Shown here one piece after another: positions 10,325-23,569 of a stretch of 64,000 bases of DNA. Source of the stretch: an uncultured Staphylococcaceae bacterium (GTDB taxonomy: Bacteria > Bacillota_I > Bacilli_A > ML615J-28 > CAG-313); contig CAZDPJ010000003.1 of NCBI GenBank assembly GCA_964507405.1, positions 1,729 to 65,728 of the forward strand. Direction: 5' to 3'. A model generated the notes under the pieces. That model was not told the DNA's origin. It ran no database searches and saw only the letters and a program-made list of their open reading frames with translations. Position 1 is the stretch's first letter. Each line of letters opens with the position of its first letter. Made by a program: the position numbers and the translations under genes.

Positions 10325-11429
10325 TTATTTATTAGATAATAATGCTTTTATAAGTTTATTAATATCGGTATTATCAATGGTAGAATTTAAATTTATATTT
10401 GTTGATGAATCAATATAGTATAAAACATTTCTTGAAGTATGACCTTTTGTTTTAAACAGTTTATTTGATATTTCTGAATTTTCATTAAAAGTTATTCCGC
10501 CTGTTTCATGGTCGGCGGTAACAATAATTGTATAGTTTGAATCTTTTAATAAAGAGGAAGCAACATTAATCGCTATATCAAAACTATTTAGATAATTAAT
10601 CATTTCAAATATATCGTTATTATGACTCATTTTATCAATATGAGCACCTTCTATCATTAGGAAATAACCATTTGGATATTTTGCCTCTAAAAAGTTAATT
10701 GCAAATCTAGTTAGGTCAACTAACTTTGGTTCTAGATTGGTAGAATTACTATTTCTTATTTTAGTAAATGAACCAATTATTTTATCATAGCTATTATTTA
10801 ATAAATTAAGGGAATTAGAAAAAAAGTAATTATTATTTCTAAAATCTTCTTGATATACTTTGTAAGTATCATATCCTGAACCTAGAAATATATCAATATT
10901 ACTTATTAATTGATTCTTAATAATTGTAGTAGTATCATTACGAGAAGTAGCATGACTACTAAAAGCAGAAGGAGTAGCCCCCGCAAGTGAATCGGTTGTT
11001 ATAATCCCCACCCCTTTATTTAGTGATTTTACATATTCACTAATTGTTTCTAACTTTTTGTTTTTATACATTGAAATATTCCCATTTTTAACTTTTATTC
11101 CCGTCGCAAGGGCGGTTGCTGAAGCGGCGCTATCGGTTGGTATGAATAATTCTTTAGAAAATGTTTTTACTTTTCCACTTTTAAAATTTGTAAAAAATAA
11201 CTTTTTATTTAAATATTTCTCTGTTACTTTTATATTGGTTTTCACCCATACCATCACCAATAAATAAAATTACTTTTTGACTTTTGTTAGTATAAATGTC
11301 ATAACTTTCTTTTGTAGTAAGGAAATGACGATAACATATAAAATTGATAATTATTAGTAAGTAAAAAATAAAAGTAATTATTAATAATTTTATAAGTAAT
11401 GTAATGCTGTTTATATTAATTTTTTTCAT
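10325..11429 (-). pseudogene. Alkaline phosphatase, split by a +1 frameshift near 11235
   Basis: The N-terminal ORF ends VILFIGDGMGEN. The second frame continues IKVTEK...TDSAASATALATG...MIEGAHIDKMSH...TADHETGG. Removing one A from AAC-CAA-TAT restores a single reading frame. Confidence 0.8.
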
Positions 11430-11530
11430 AACTAATTCACCTTTTTTTGTTAATAATATAACATTTATATAAACTATTTTCAATTTATGTGATTTAAGTA
11501 AAAAAACTAATAAATTTGTTTATAAGTTTC

Positions 11531-11559
11531 TTGACATTTTTAATATGATGTGGTAAAAT
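11531..11559 (+). promoter_or_regulatory. Sigma-A promoter of glyQS-dnaG-sigA operon
   Basis: TTGACA-N17-TAAAAT with extended TG. Confidence 0.85.
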
Positions 11560-11623
11560 AAATAGTTATGTAGAATGGCATTTTTTCACATATTTAATGC
11601 CAATGAAAGACGGTGGTTTTATT

Positions 11624-12988
11624 ATGACAATGGAAAAATTTGTGAATTATCTTAAACAATATGGTTTTGTTTATCAAGGTAGTGAAATTTATGGTGGTTT
11701 AGCTAACTCGTGGGATTTTGGTCCATTAGGAGTTGAGTTAAAAAACAATATTAAAAAAGCATGGTGGAAAGCATTTGTTCAAGATTCTCCTAATAATGTT
11801 GGACTTGACGCGGCTATCTTAATGAATCCTGAAACTTGGGTTGCAAGTGGTCATGTTGGTGGTTTTAGTGATCCTCTTGTTGATTGTAAATCATGTGGAA
11901 CAAGACATAGAGCCGATAAATTAATTGAAGATTTTACTAAAGGTGAAGTTACTGGTGATGGATGGGATAATGACAAATTATATAATTATTTAGTTGATAA
12001 TAAAGTTCCTTGTCCTGATTGTGGTAATACTAATTTTACACCTATTAGAAAGTTTAATTTAATGTTCCAAACTCATCAAGGTGTTCTTGATGATAGTAAG
12101 AGTCTTGTATATTTAAGGCCAGAAACTGCTCAAGGTATTTTTGTTAATTTTAAAAATGTCCAAAGAACATCACGTAAAAAAGTACCTTTTGGTATTGGCC
12201 AAATTGGTAAAAGTTTTAGAAATGAAATTACACCAGGTAACTTTATTTTTAGAATTCGTGAATTTGAACAAATGGAACTTGAATTTTTCTGTAAACCTGA
12301 TACTGATTTAGAATGGTTTGATTATTGGCGTAGTTATTGCCTTAACTTCTTAAAAAATATTGGTATTCGTGATGAACTAGTAAGAACAAGAGACCACGAT
12401 AAAGAAGAATTAAGTTTTTATTCTAAAGCAACTACGGATATTGAATTTAAATATTTCTTTGGTTGGGGTGAATTATGGGGTATTGCTGACAGAACTGACT
12501 ATGACCTTCGAGTTCATCAAGAACATTCAGGAGTAAACTTAGAATACTTAGATCCTGAAACTAATCAAAAGTATTTACCATATGTAGTTGAACCAAGTCT
12601 TGGTGTTGAAAGACTATTACTTGCGGTATTAACTAGTGCTTATGAAGAACAAGCATTAGAAGATGGCGATTCAAGAGAAGTCCTTCATTTAGATAAAAGA
12701 CTTGCTCCTGTCAAAGTTGCGGTACTTCCACTTGTTAATAAACTAAATGATAAAGCAACAGAAATCTATAATAAATTATCTAAAGAATTTGTTTGTGAAT
12801 TTGATACAAGTGGTAAGATCGGAAAAAGATATCGCCGACAAGATGCTATTGGTACACCATATTGTGTAACGGTTGACTTTGACACATTAGAAGATGAATC
12901 TGTTACTGTTCGTGATCGTGATTCAATGGAACAAGTACGTATAAAAATAGAAGATTTGATAGATTATATTAATAAAATGATAAAATAA
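11624..12988 (+). CDS. glyQS: Glycine--tRNA ligase (homodimeric alpha2 type)
   Basis: [52 protein letters not shown] and [14 protein letters not shown]. Start ATG 11624 preferred. Confidence 0.96.
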   Translation: MTMEKFVNYLKQYGFVYQGSEIYGGLANSWDFGPLGVELKNNIKKAWWKAFVQDSPNNVGLDAAILMNPETWVASGHVGGFSDPLVDCKSCGTRHRADKLIEDFTKGEVTGDGWDNDKLYNYLVDNKVPCPDCGNTNFTPIRKFNLMFQTHQGVLDDSKSLVYLRPETAQGIFVNFKNVQRTSRKKVPFGIGQIGKSFRNEITPGNFIFRIREFEQMELEFFCKPDTDLEWFDYWRSYCLNFLKNIGIRDELVRTRDHDKEELSFYSKATTDIEFKYFFGWGELWGIADRTDYDLRVHQEHSGVNLEYLDPETNQKYLPYVVEPSLGVERLLLAVLTSAYEEQALEDGDSREVLHLDKRLAPVKVAVLPLVNKLNDKATEIYNKLSKEFVCEFDTSGKIGKRYRRQDAIGTPYCVTVDFDTLEDESVTVRDRDSMEQVRIKIEDLIDYINKMIK

Positions 12989-13013
12989 ATAAAAAAATGG
13001 AAAGGAGTATGCT

Positions 13014-14843
13014 ATGATACCTTATTCAATCACCAAAAAAGTAATTGATGCTACTGATATTGTGGAAGTAGTAAGTGAATATGTGAGTCTAAAGAAAAAA
13101 GGTAGTAGTTATTTTGGATTATGCCCTTTCCATGATGATAAAAATCCTTCAATGTCAGTAAGCGGTGAAAAAAAAGTATTTAATTGCTTTAGTTGTAATA
13201 CAAAAGGTAATGTTATTTACTTTGTTGCCAAACATGATAATTTAACAATGGAACAAGCAACCATAAAACTTGCTAAAAGAGCCGGCATTAAGATTGATGA
13301 AAATATTACTTTAGAAAATGATAAACAAACTAAATTATTTAATGTGATGAATGAAGCATACAACTTTTATCGTTTTTATTTACATAATAGCGATGAAGGA
13401 CAAGTTGCTTTAAAGTATTTAAGTAGTCGAGGAATAAATGAAGAAATTATTAGAACACATAAAATAGGACTTGCACCTAGTAAACAAGATTACTTACATC
13501 AAGCTCTTGATAAGAAGAATATTTCTAATATTGACCAAATAGAATTAGGGTTAGTTAAAGATGTAAGTGGTACGGTTCATGATATTTTTAGAAATCGTAT
13601 TATGTTTTCAATAACCAATGCTTCCGGTCAAATTGTTGGATTTAGTGGTAGAATTTATACTAAAAGTGATCAAGCCAAATATATAAATTCGACTGATAAT
13701 CAATTATTTCATAAAGGTGAAATATTGTATAATTATGATTTAGCATCACTAGATGCAAGAAAGAAAAATCAAATATTTGTCTTTGAAGGCTTTATGGATG
13801 TTATTGCTTGTGAAAAAGCAGGTATTAAAAATGCTGTTGCGACGATGGGTACCGCAATGACGAAAACCCATGTTGACATGCTTTTAAAATTAACTAAAAA
13901 TATTGTGTTATTCTTTGATGGAGATGAAGCGGGAATACATGCATTAAAACGTTCAACTTTAATGCTTGGTAATAGTAATATTATTCCTAATGCTGTACTG
14001 CTTCCTGATAATTTAGACCCAGATGAATATATTACTAAATATGGAGTTAACAAGTTTAATGAATTTGTTCTATCTCATACTCAAAATGCTTATTTAGTTT
14101 TATATAATCTTGCTTTTAAAGATGTTTATTTACAAGATTTAGCAAGCATCGAAAAGTTTAAAAATGAAATGATTGATTTAATTAATAAAACTAACTCTGA
14201 CGTTGTTAAGAATTATATTATTTCAAGACTTGTCCAAGATTTAAAAATAGATGAAGCAAGTCTAAGAAGTAAAATTCATAGTAATATACATGATGATAAT
14301 CCATATTTAGAAACTAAAGAAAATAAGGTAGATATTAAAAAGCCTAATATCATAAAAAAACAAGTTAGACTTTCAACAAGTGTTATTATGGCATATGATA
14401 CTATTATTAAACAGGCTATATATTCAAAAGAAGCCTTGAGTTTTGTTTTAGATGAAATGTCATTAAATGGGTTATTACGTTATCCTGGTAGTGAATTATC
14501 ACGTGAATATGATTTACTATATATAATTTGTGATTACTATAATAGTAATCCCGATAAAGAAGGCATGGGACCTATTGTCTTATGTGATATAATTAAAGAT
14601 AAACCTAATTCTTTAAAGTTTGTTAATGAATTAATTAATAATCGTTTTATATTAGCTGATAATTTACAAATGTTAAAGGATAGTATTATTGTAATAAATA
14701 ATTATTTTAAAAAACAAGATAATATTGCTTCATATAATGCGACTATATTATCAAAAACGGAAGAAGAACTAAAAAAGAATATGATTGAATTTATCGAAAT
14801 AAATAAATCCCATAAAAAAATAATAAAAGAGGAGGATATGTAA
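13014..14843 (+). CDS. dnaG: DNA primase
   Basis: Zinc finger [10 protein letters not shown]...CFSC; FRNRIMF; KYINS; TOPRIM EGFMDV and FFDGDEAG. Confidence 0.97.
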   Translation: MIPYSITKKVIDATDIVEVVSEYVSLKKKGSSYFGLCPFHDDKNPSMSVSGEKKVFNCFSCNTKGNVIYFVAKHDNLTMEQATIKLAKRAGIKIDENITLENDKQTKLFNVMNEAYNFYRFYLHNSDEGQVALKYLSSRGINEEIIRTHKIGLAPSKQDYLHQALDKKNISNIDQIELGLVKDVSGTVHDIFRNRIMFSITNASGQIVGFSGRIYTKSDQAKYINSTDNQLFHKGEILYNYDLASLDARKKNQIFVFEGFMDVIACEKAGIKNAVATMGTAMTKTHVDMLLKLTKNIVLFFDGDEAGIHALKRSTLMLGNSNIIPNAVLLPDNLDPDEYITKYGVNKFNEFVLSHTQNAYLVLYNLAFKDVYLQDLASIEKFKNEMIDLINKTNSDVVKNYIISRLVQDLKIDEASLRSKIHSNIHDDNPYLETKENKVDIKKPNIIKKQVRLSTSVIMAYDTIIKQAIYSKEALSFVLDEMSLNGLLRYPGSELSREYDLLYIICDYYNSNPDKEGMGPIVLCDIIKDKPNSLKFVNELINNRFILADNLQMLKDSIIVINNYFKKQDNIASYNATILSKTEEELKKNMIEFIEINKSHKKIIKEEDM

Positions 14844-16108
14844 TGTTAGACGAATTACAATATAAAGAACAATTAGATGCAATGAAGGAATATGCCAAGA
14901 AAAAGCAATATATTTCATTAACTAAAATAAATGAAATACTTGATAATCCTTCTGAAGAACTAATGGATGATGTAGTTGAATATCTTGAAAGTTGCGATAT
15001 TGAAGTAACTAGAGATAGTGATGAAGTTCCGGATGAAGAATCTTTAATGATTGAAGAAGCTGATGATGATTTTGAAGCATTCATTGATGATGTTGAAAAT
15101 GATGAAGAATTAGAAGAATTAACGGCTGCTGTTGAAAGTGAAATTAAAGTATCTGATTTTGAAGATTTCGTTCCTAGTTCTCATCAAGCTGATGACCCTG
15201 TAAAAATGTATTTAAGAGACATTGGTCAAATTGAACTACTTACAATTACTCAAGAATCTGAATATGCAAGAACGGTTCAAGAAGGCATCATGTGTAAAGA
15301 AAAAATTGAAGCTTATCAACGTCAAGGAAAAGAAATTTCAAAAGAAGACATGGAAATGTTACAAGAAAAAATCAGAATGGGTGATGAAGCTCGAGATATT
15401 TTGATTGAATCCAATTTAAGACTTGTTGTTTCAATTGCTAAAAAGTATTTTGGTAGAGGTTTACCATTCCTTGATTTAATTCAAGAAGGTAATATGGGCT
15501 TAATTAAAGCGGTATATAAATTTGACCCTACCAAAGGATTTAAATTTTCAACATACGCTACTTGGTGGATTAGACAATCAATTACTCGTGCGATTGCTGA
15601 CCAAGGTCGTACAATTAGAATTCCAGTTCATATGGTTGAAACGATTAATAAACTTGGACGTACTACTAGAAGATTAACTCAAGAAAAACGTCGTGAACCA
15701 ACCCCAGAAGAAATAGCTGCGGAAATGAAAATATCTGTTGAGAAAGTTCAACAAATTCAACGAATTGCTCAAGAACCTATTTCTTTTGATTCAACTGTTG
15801 GTGAGGAAGATGATTCTAGTTTAGGTGATTTCATTGCTGATACAGAAGGACAAAATCCACTTGAATATACACAATATCAAATATATCGTGAAGAAATAGA
15901 TGCTGTTCTTCAAACTTTAACTCCACGTGAAGAAAAAGTAATAAGACTTCGTTATGGTCTTGATGATAATCATCCTCGAACTTTAGAAGAAGTTGGTCGT
16001 GTTTTTGATGTTACTCGTGAAAGAATTAGACAAATCGAAGCAAAGGCATTAAGACGTTTACGTCATCCTTCTCGTTTAAAGAGGCTTGAACGTCATCGTA
16101 CAAAATAA
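14843..16108 (+). CDS. rpoD: RNA polymerase primary sigma factor
   Basis: [42 protein letters not shown] and TLEEVG...[20 protein letters not shown]. Confidence 0.98.
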   Translation: MLDELQYKEQLDAMKEYAKKKQYISLTKINEILDNPSEELMDDVVEYLESCDIEVTRDSDEVPDEESLMIEEADDDFEAFIDDVENDEELEELTAAVESEIKVSDFEDFVPSSHQADDPVKMYLRDIGQIELLTITQESEYARTVQEGIMCKEKIEAYQRQGKEISKEDMEMLQEKIRMGDEARDILIESNLRLVVSIAKKYFGRGLPFLDLIQEGNMGLIKAVYKFDPTKGFKFSTYATWWIRQSITRAIADQGRTIRIPVHMVETINKLGRTTRRLTQEKRREPTPEEIAAEMKISVEKVQQIQRIAQEPISFDSTVGEEDDSSLGDFIADTEGQNPLEYTQYQIYREEIDAVLQTLTPREEKVIRLRYGLDDNHPRTLEEVGRVFDVTRERIRQIEAKALRRLRHPSRLKRLERHRTK

Positions 16109-16767
16109 TGTTATCAATAAGACTAAAAGCAATTTATGATTTAATTGAAAAAGAAAGTAAAGTAGCCGATATCGGAACTGACCACGGTAATTTACTTTAT
16201 GAACTTGCTAAAAACGAAGTTATTTCATATGGAATTGGCGTCGAAAATAAAATTGGCCCATATAATGTTGCTAAAGAAAACTTACAATATTTTATCGATA
16301 CTGGAAAACTTTCACTTTCTTTAAGCGATGGTTTAAATGAAGTACCAAGTATGGTTGATACTGTTATTATAGCAGGAATGGGAGGAGAATTGATTTCAAA
16401 GATTATATTTGATAATTTGGATAAAGCAAGATGCTTTCATAAATTAATTCTTCAACCTAATAGTAAAATTTATGACTTGAGAAAAAAATTATCCGAAAAT
16501 CATTTTGATGTTATCGATGAATTAATTGTTTATGATAATCATAAGTTTTACGAAATAATATCTGTAAAATATAATCCTAATAGTTTGAAGTTATCCACAA
16601 AAGAGCTTATTTTTGGACCCAAACTTTTAAGTCATAAAACCCCTGTTTTTGTGGATAAGTGGCAAAAAAAATTAAATGAAATCAATACTATATTAGGCCA
16701 AAATTCAATAAATATTGATAATTTAAAGGAATTACAAAAATTAATTATGGAGGTACTTGATGAATAA
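16108..16767 (+). CDS. trmK: tRNA (adenine22-N1)-methyltransferase
   Basis: MLSIRL, ADIGTDHG, IAGMGGELI and LILQPN; conserved position after sigA. Confidence 0.93.
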   Translation: MLSIRLKAIYDLIEKESKVADIGTDHGNLLYELAKNEVISYGIGVENKIGPYNVAKENLQYFIDTGKLSLSLSDGLNEVPSMVDTVIIAGMGGELISKIIFDNLDKARCFHKLILQPNSKIYDLRKKLSENHFDVIDELIVYDNHKFYEIISVKYNPNSLKLSTKELIFGPKLLSHKTPVFVDKWQKKLNEINTILGQNSINIDNLKELQKLIMEVLDE

Positions 16768-17536
16768 AGTAAAAGATTTAGTTGATTTTTTAAAAGATAA
16801 GTATCCATTATATCTTGCAAGTAATTTTGATCAAGGTAAAGTTGGACTTCAATTTGGTAGTCTAAATAAAGCAGTAAAAACGGTAATGTTAGCTCTTGAT
16901 GGTTCAACTGAAGTAATTAAAGAAGTTATTGCAAATAATGTTGATTTACTTATTACTCATCATCCTTTTATGTTTAATCCTTTATATAATATGGATTATG
17001 ATAATCCTCTAATGGAAAAAATCATGCTTGTAATAAAAAATGATTTAAATGTTTTTTCGATGCATACGAATTTTGATGTAGCGATACATGGAATGAATGA
17101 AATATTATGTAATAAATTAGGTCTTACAAATATAAAAAGTGACCAATTACAAATTGATCAGAATGCATTTTTAAGATATGGTGATATTTCTCCACTTACA
17201 CTTGGTGAGTTAACGGAAAAAGTAAAAAAAGACTTTAATGAAAATACAGTTCGAATAGTTGGCAAAAAAGATAAATTAATAAAGAAAGTTGCAATTATTG
17301 GTGGAAGTGGTAGCTTTGAATTATATAAAGCAAAAAAAGCGGGATGTGATGCTTTTATCACTGGTGAAATCAAACATGATAAGGCCCTAGATGCTATCGA
17401 TTTAGATATTGCTTTAATTGAAGTAAGTCATAGTGTTGAAAGACTATATAAAGAAGAAGTATATAAAATATTAAATGGTGCTTTTCCAAATATTAATTTT
17501 ATTTTATCAACAAAGGATGTTAATCCTTTTAATTAA
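16760..17536 (+). CDS. Nif3-like dinuclear metal-centre protein (YqfO family)
   Basis: GLQFG, LITHHP, HTNFD, GGSG, ITGEIKHD and SHSVE motifs. Confidence 0.92.
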   Translation: MNKVKDLVDFLKDKYPLYLASNFDQGKVGLQFGSLNKAVKTVMLALDGSTEVIKEVIANNVDLLITHHPFMFNPLYNMDYDNPLMEKIMLVIKNDLNVFSMHTNFDVAIHGMNEILCNKLGLTNIKSDQLQIDQNAFLRYGDISPLTLGELTEKVKKDFNENTVRIVGKKDKLIKKVAIIGGSGSFELYKAKKAGCDAFITGEIKHDKALDAIDLDIALIEVSHSVERLYKEEVYKILNGAFPNINFILSTKDVNPFN

Positions 17537-17585
17537 ATTATTTATAAAAAAAAGAGGTAGTAAAACTACCTTCTTTTATTTTGCA

Positions 17586-17753
17586 TTATTTTTCAACGAT
17601 TGCGCCCATTGGACATGCTTCTTGACAAGCACCACAATCTACGCACTTGTCTTCATCAATTTGATAGATGTCGCCTTCTGAAATACATTCAACAGGACAT
17701 TCAGCCATACAAGTGCCACATGCGATACAACTTTCAGTAATTACTCTTGGCAT
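17586..17753 (-). CDS. 2[4Fe-4S] ferredoxin, 55 aa (absent from ORF track)
   Basis: Manual translation gives [55 protein letters not shown], with two CxxCxxCxxxCP motifs; RBS GGAGG upstream. Confidence 0.95.
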   Translation of the reverse strand: MPRVITESCIACGTCMAECPVECISEGDIYQIDEDKCVDCGACQEACPMGAIVEK

Positions 17754-17905
17754 AGTTTGTTCCTCCGTTTAAAATTGATGCTTAAATTATAGTACAATAT
17801 TACTTTTTTTGCAAGAATAAAACAATAATTTCTTTCATTTAACTTGATTAAACAAAAAGATTTTGTTATAATAATTATAGATTGTTGAAGGGAGAACAAA
17901 ATAAT

Positions 17906-18133
17906 ATGTTAGATTGGTATTGGGTCTTAATTATCGGTATTGCATGCTTAATAGTTGGCTTTGTTATTGGATTTTTAGTGATTAGACATATCTTTAATAA
18001 ACAATTACAAGAAAATCCACCTATTAATCGCGATATGATTCGAGCTATGTTTATGGAAATGGGTCGTAAACCTTCTGAAAAAGATATAAATCGTGTTATG
18101 AATCGTATGGATCAATATAAAGATAAAAAATAG
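17906..18133 (+). CDS. yneF: YneF family small membrane protein
   Basis: TM helix followed by NPPINRDMIRAMFMEMGRKPSEKDI. Confidence 0.92.
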   Translation: MLDWYWVLIIGIACLIVGFVIGFLVIRHIFNKQLQENPPINRDMIRAMFMEMGRKPSEKDINRVMNRMDQYKDKK

Positions 18134-18142
18134 GAGTAACTC

Positions 18143-18781
18143 CTATTTTTTTTTGAATAATACAGTTTTATTTTCTTTATGATTAATTAGTCTTTTAATA
18201 TTTGGTATATGACTAATGTAAATTGCAATAAATACTAGTCCCATTACTGCTATAAAAACATAATCTAAGCTTCCACCTAGGGGAATGAAAGAGGCAATAA
18301 AAGCAGCAGTAGCCGCAGTTAATGAACTTAATGAAATATATTTTTTCCAAATAAACACTAATATAAAAACTAAAAGGGCGATTAAGAAGACAACAGGATT
18401 ATACGCAGCCACAATTCCAGCACAGCATGATACTCCTTTTCCTCCCCTAAATGAAGCAAATATTGGAAATAAATGTCCAATTAGTGCAGCAACACCATAA
18501 ATTAAAGGATGAATTTTTAGTACCATCCAGTCTAATGTATAGTCGAGTAAACCTATTCTGAATAATAAAATGACTAGTCCGGCTTTAGTTGCATCTAAAA
18601 TAAAAACAAGTAGGCCATATTTAAATCCCATAATTCTTAGAACATTCGTCGCACCCATGTTTTTGCTACCATAATCCCTAATGTCAATTCCTTTAAATAG
18701 CTTGCTTACAATTAAAGCCCAAGGAATTGAACCTAGCAAATATGATGCAATAAGTAGAAATATTGGTAGAATAATTCCCAT
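18143..18781 (-). CDS. plsY: Glycerol-3-phosphate acyltransferase PlsY
   Basis: SYLLGSIPW, GSKNMGATN, GHLFPIF and FRGGKGV; divergent from parE, as in Bacilli. Confidence 0.96.
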   Translation of the reverse strand: MGIILPIFLLIASYLLGSIPWALIVSKLFKGIDIRDYGSKNMGATNVLRIMGFKYGLLVFILDATKAGLVILLFRIGLLDYTLDWMVLKIHPLIYGVAALIGHLFPIFASFRGGKGVSCCAGIVAAYNPVVFLIALLVFILVFIWKKYISLSSLTAATAAFIASFIPLGGSLDYVFIAVMGLVFIAIYISHIPNIKRLINHKENKTVLFKKK

Positions 18782-19043
18782 TAATAACACCTCATCTTTA
18801 GTTTTCTTTCAAAGTATTATAGCATAAATTTTAGCTTATGTCATAAAAATTGCAAAATCTTGTTATATGATAAAAATTTATTATTTTCGATAAAATCTTC
18901 TATTTTTATTTAAAATAAATTATATTTTGACATAATCAAAATATTAAAAAGAATAAGTAAAATATGACTAAATTGATTATTTTACTTGCTTTTTTTTAAA
19001 ATTTATGGTAAAATAAGAATAAGAATATAGAAAGGGTGATAAT

Positions 19044-20996
19044 ATGGCAGATAATAAGAAAGCTCCGGTTTATGATGAGAGTTCCATCCAGGTCTTACAA
19101 GGATTAGAGGCAGTGCGTAAAAGACCGGGTATGTATATTGGTTCTACCGATTCTCGTGGCTTACATCATTTAGTTTGGGAAATAGTTGATAATGCTATCG
19201 ATGAAGCTTTATCAGGATATGGAAGTAAAATTATTGTTAATATACACCCTGATAATAGTGTTGAAGTAATAGATAATGGTCGTGGTATTCCTACTGGTAT
19301 TCACAAAACAGAAAAACTACCAACTCCACAAGTTATTTTTAATACGCTTCACTCTGGTGGTAAGTTTGATGCTAATGGTGGATATAAAGTATCTGGTGGT
19401 TTACATGGTGTTGGTTCGAGTGTTGTTAATGCTCTAAGTGAATGGTTAACAGTTACTATTCATCGTGATGGTAAAATCTATAATCAAACATTCCGTAATG
19501 GCGGTAAGAATATTGAAAAGCCTAAAAATTTAGGTGATACTCGTAGAACGGGTACAACTATTCATTTTAAACCAGATCCTAAGATTTTTTCTTCAACTAT
19601 TTTTGATTATAAAACAATTGCTAATCGTTTAAAAGAATCAGCATTCTTAATTAAAGGCTTACGTATTGAATTAAATGATTTAAGAAATGATAAAAGTGTT
19701 GTTTTTCATTATGAAAATGGAATTGTTGAATTTATTAAATCGCTTATTGAAAATAAAAAACCAATTCATGAACCAGTATTTTTTACAGGAACAGTATCTA
19801 ATATTTTAGTTGAAGTTGCAATTCAATATTGTAGTGAATTTTATGGTGAAAATATTGTATCATTTGTTAATAATATAAGAACAAGAGACGGTGGTACGCA
19901 TGAAGTAGGTTTTAAAACTGCTCTAACAAGAGCTTTTAATGAACATGCTAGAATGATTGGCTCTTTAAAAGATAAAGACCCTAATATTGAAGGCCCTTTA
20001 ATTAGACAAGGCTTAACCGCAATTATTTCAATTAGAGTTCCTGAGGATTTACTTCAATTTGAAGGACAAACTAAAAATAAACTAGGTACTCCTGAAGGTA
20101 AAAATGCGGTTGAACAAGTTGTTTATGAACAGTTCAAGTCATTTATGGCTGAAAATGGACAAATATCAAATACTTTAGTTAATAATGCTATTAAAGCAGT
20201 TAAAGCTCAAGAAGCTGCTCGTAAAGCAATTGATGATTATCGTCAAATAACAAAAAAAATTGCGAAACCTGCTAATTTAATTGGTAAATTAACTCCTGCT
20301 CAAGAAAGAGATCCTAGAATTAATGAATTATTCCTTGTTGAAGGTGACTCAGCAGGTGGCTCCGCAAAAAGTGGTAGGGACCGTAGTTTCCAAGCAATTC
20401 TTCCTTTACGTGGTAAAGTTTTAAATACAGCTAAAACAAGATTAGAAGAAGTAATGAAAAATGAAGAAATTGTTTCAATTATTAATGCTGTAGGGGCTGG
20501 ATTTGGTAAAGACTTTGATATTAGTAAATCTAATTATCGTCGTATCATTATTATGACCGATGCCGATACAGATGGTGCTCATATTCAAACATTATTATTA
20601 ACTTTCTTCTTTAGATATATGAAACCATTATTACAAAATGGTTATATCTATATTGCAACACCACCTCTATATAAAATTACTAGTAAGAATGGTATTGCTT
20701 ATGCTTGGACTGATGAAGAATTACGTGATAAGATTGGTAATTTAAAAAATGTTCAAATTCAACGTTATAAAGGTCTTGGTGAAATGAATGCTGAACAACT
20801 ATGGGAAACAACAATGGACCCTGCTAAACGTACATTAATTCAAGTTGAAATGGGTGATGAAGAAGACGCTGAGGCAAGAATGAATGTATTAATGGGCGAT
20901 GATGTTGAACCACGTCGTGCCTGGATTGAACAAAATGTTGTCTTTGATTATGAAGATGATGGTTTCACATTGGAGGATGTAGAAAGCGATGAATAG
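19044..20996 (+). CDS. parE: DNA topoisomerase IV subunit B
   Basis: [33 protein letters not shown] and QRYKGLGEM; plsY-parE-parC synteny. Confidence 0.9.
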   Translation: MADNKKAPVYDESSIQVLQGLEAVRKRPGMYIGSTDSRGLHHLVWEIVDNAIDEALSGYGSKIIVNIHPDNSVEVIDNGRGIPTGIHKTEKLPTPQVIFNTLHSGGKFDANGGYKVSGGLHGVGSSVVNALSEWLTVTIHRDGKIYNQTFRNGGKNIEKPKNLGDTRRTGTTIHFKPDPKIFSSTIFDYKTIANRLKESAFLIKGLRIELNDLRNDKSVVFHYENGIVEFIKSLIENKKPIHEPVFFTGTVSNILVEVAIQYCSEFYGENIVSFVNNIRTRDGGTHEVGFKTALTRAFNEHARMIGSLKDKDPNIEGPLIRQGLTAIISIRVPEDLLQFEGQTKNKLGTPEGKNAVEQVVYEQFKSFMAENGQISNTLVNNAIKAVKAQEAARKAIDDYRQITKKIAKPANLIGKLTPAQERDPRINELFLVEGDSAGGSAKSGRDRSFQAILPLRGKVLNTAKTRLEEVMKNEEIVSIINAVGAGFGKDFDISKSNYRRIIIMTDADTDGAHIQTLLLTFFFRYMKPLLQNGYIYIATPPLYKITSKNGIAYAWTDEELRDKIGNLKNVQIQRYKGLGEMNAEQLWETTMDPAKRTLIQVEMGDEEDAEARMNVLMGDDVEPRRAWIEQNVVFDYEDDGFTLEDVESDE

Positions 20997-23469
20997 TGGT
21001 AGAAGTAATATAACTAGTAAAATAAATCGTTTCGCTACAGAAACGGTGTTAAAAGAAAATTTTGAAAATATCATGGGTGACCGTTTTGGTAGATATTCAA
21101 AATATATCATCCAAGATCGTGCTTTACCGGATGTAAGAGATGGACTTAAACCTGTACAACGTCGTATTCTTTTCGCAATGTATAAGATTGGTTTATTTAA
21201 TAACAAGCCTCATAAAAAGAGTGCTCGTATTGTTGGTGATGTTATTGGTAAATATCATCCTCATGGTGATACTGCTGTTTATGATGCGATGGTAAGAATG
21301 TCACAAGAATTTAAAATCTTACTACCTTTAATCGATATGCACGGTAATAATGGTAGTATTGATGGTGACCCTGCCGCCGCAATGCGTTATACTGAGGCTA
21401 GACTTAGTAAATATGCGGAATTATTATTACAAGATTTAAATAAAAAGACAATTCCATTTATGCCTAACTTTGATGATGAAGAGTTAGAACCTGTCGTTTT
21501 ACCTGCTAAATTTCCAAATGTAATCGTTAATGGTGGTAATGGTATCTCAGCTGGTTATGCAACTGAAATTCCTCCTCATAATCCTGGCGAAATTTTAGAT
21601 GCATGTATTTTAAGACTTACTAATCCTAATTGTACATTAGATGAAATACTAAATATTGTTAAAGGACCTGACTTTCCTACTGGAGGTATTGTTCAAGGTA
21701 TTGATGGCTTAAAAAGTGCTTATAAAACTGGTCGTGGTAAAGTAATGATTAAAGCTAAAACGGAAATTGTTCAAAATAAGAATGATTATCGAATTATCAT
21801 TACCGAAATTCCTTATGAAGTTAACAAATCTGTATTATTAAAGAAAATGAGTGAAGTCATTGAATCTAAAAATGTTGATGGTGTTAAAGTAATTAGAGAT
21901 GAAACTGACCGTCAAGGTTTAAGAATTATCATTGACGTTAGAAAAGATGTAAATCCAGAAACTATTTTACAAGTATTATTTAAGTATACTGATTTACAAA
22001 TATCATATAACTTCAATATGGTTGTTATTAGTTATGGTAGACCAATGCAAATGGGATTATTAGATATCCTCGATTCTTACATTGCTCACCAAAAAGAAGT
22101 AATGACTAATCGTAGTAATTTTGATTTATTACGTGCTAAAAAACGTTTAGAAATAGTTGATGGTTTAATTTCAATGGTTTCTATTTTAGATTCTGTTATT
22201 GCGACCATTAGAAATTCCAAAAACAAAGCAGATGCGAAAGAAAATATTATTTCTAAATATGGCTTTACAGAAACACAGGCTGAAGCTATCGTTATGTTAC
22301 AATTATATCGTTTAACTAATACTGATATTTTTGCTTTAAAACAAGAACGAAGTGAACTTGAAAATCAAATTGTTAAACTTACAAAAATCTTAAGCAGTGA
22401 AAAATCTTTAGTTAAAGAAATAATTAAAGAAATGAATGAAACAAAAGAAATTATTAATGTAGAAAGAAAAACTCAAATCGAAGATGAAGTAGATGAAGTT
22501 GTTGTAAAAACTGAAGAAATTATTGCAAGTGAAGAAGTTATTTTAATTATTACTCATGATGGATATTTAAAACGTCTTAGTAAAAAAGCTTTTGCGGCAT
22601 CAACTGAACCTACTAAGTTAAAAGATGGTGACATTATTTCTGACATTTATAATGTAACTACAACTGATACTTTATTACAATTTACTAATTTAGGAAATTA
22701 TGTATTCTTACCAATTCATAAAATTCCTGAATGTAAACATAAAGATATTGGCTATAATGTTAGTACTTTGATTAATATGGATCCTAATGAAAAAATTATA
22801 TTCTCATATCCTGTTAGTGAATTTAGTGATAATAAGTTTGTTTTAATCGCAACTAGAAATGGACTTATTAAACGTATTCCTTTATCTAGCTTAAAAGTAA
22901 ATAGATATTCAAAAGTTCTACAAGCTACTAAACTTAAAGATGATGATATTGTTGTTAGTGCTGACATTGCGACTGGCGATGATGTAGAGGTTGTAATTGC
23001 AACTAAAGATGGCTTTATGAATAGATATGATGCATCAGAAATTAGTGTAATGGAAGCTGCTTCATTTGGTGTTAAATCAATTGAAATGAAGAGTCGTCCA
23101 TCAGATTATGTAGTAGGTGCTAAATATGTTAGAGATAAAGATATTTTATTATTATTAACTAACCGTGGTAATGTTAAACGCTTTAGACCTGAAGAAATTA
23201 ATAAAGGTAAAAAGAATCATGTTGGTAAAATGTATTTGAAAGTGGTTCGTTCTAATATGCATGAAGGACTTGCTTTAGATGTAATTCATGCGAAAAATGC
23301 AAATTCTGATTTAGCTAGTTACATTAGTTGTGAACAAGAATTTGTAGGAATTGATTATACTGTTTTACGAAAAGCAATTGCTGATAACGGAATGAAAATG
23401 GTACCACCAAGTGCTGGAAAACCAATTGAATTTGTAATTTGTCGAAATGATGCCGATTTAGAAGTATAA
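20989..23469 (+). CDS. parC: DNA topoisomerase IV subunit A
   Basis: [22 protein letters not shown] and catalytic AAAMRYTE. No GyrA-box (QRRGGKG) recognised in the CTD. Confidence 0.88.
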   Translation: MNSGRSNITSKINRFATETVLKENFENIMGDRFGRYSKYIIQDRALPDVRDGLKPVQRRILFAMYKIGLFNNKPHKKSARIVGDVIGKYHPHGDTAVYDAMVRMSQEFKILLPLIDMHGNNGSIDGDPAAAMRYTEARLSKYAELLLQDLNKKTIPFMPNFDDEELEPVVLPAKFPNVIVNGGNGISAGYATEIPPHNPGEILDACILRLTNPNCTLDEILNIVKGPDFPTGGIVQGIDGLKSAYKTGRGKVMIKAKTEIVQNKNDYRIIITEIPYEVNKSVLLKKMSEVIESKNVDGVKVIRDETDRQGLRIIIDVRKDVNPETILQVLFKYTDLQISYNFNMVVISYGRPMQMGLLDILDSYIAHQKEVMTNRSNFDLLRAKKRLEIVDGLISMVSILDSVIATIRNSKNKADAKENIISKYGFTETQAEAIVMLQLYRLTNTDIFALKQERSELENQIVKLTKILSSEKSLVKEIIKEMNETKEIINVERKTQIEDEVDEVVVKTEEIIASEEVILIITHDGYLKRLSKKAFAASTEPTKLKDGDIISDIYNVTTTDTLLQFTNLGNYVFLPIHKIPECKHKDIGYNVSTLINMDPNEKIIFSYPVSEFSDNKFVLIATRNGLIKRIPLSSLKVNRYSKVLQATKLKDDDIVVSADIATGDDVEVVIATKDGFMNRYDASEISVMEAASFGVKSIEMKSRPSDYVVGAKYVRDKDILLLLTNRGNVKRFRPEEINKGKKNHVGKMYLKVVRSNMHEGLALDVIHAKNANSDLASYISCEQEFVGIDYTVLRKAIADNGMKMVPPSAGKPIEFVICRNDADLEV

Positions 23470-23569
23470 TGTAATATCGTGGCTAGTATCAGTCACGATA
23501 TTTTCTTATTTTAAATAGTTGAAATAAAGAATTAATTATGATATAATATTATAGTTGAGGTATAAGACT

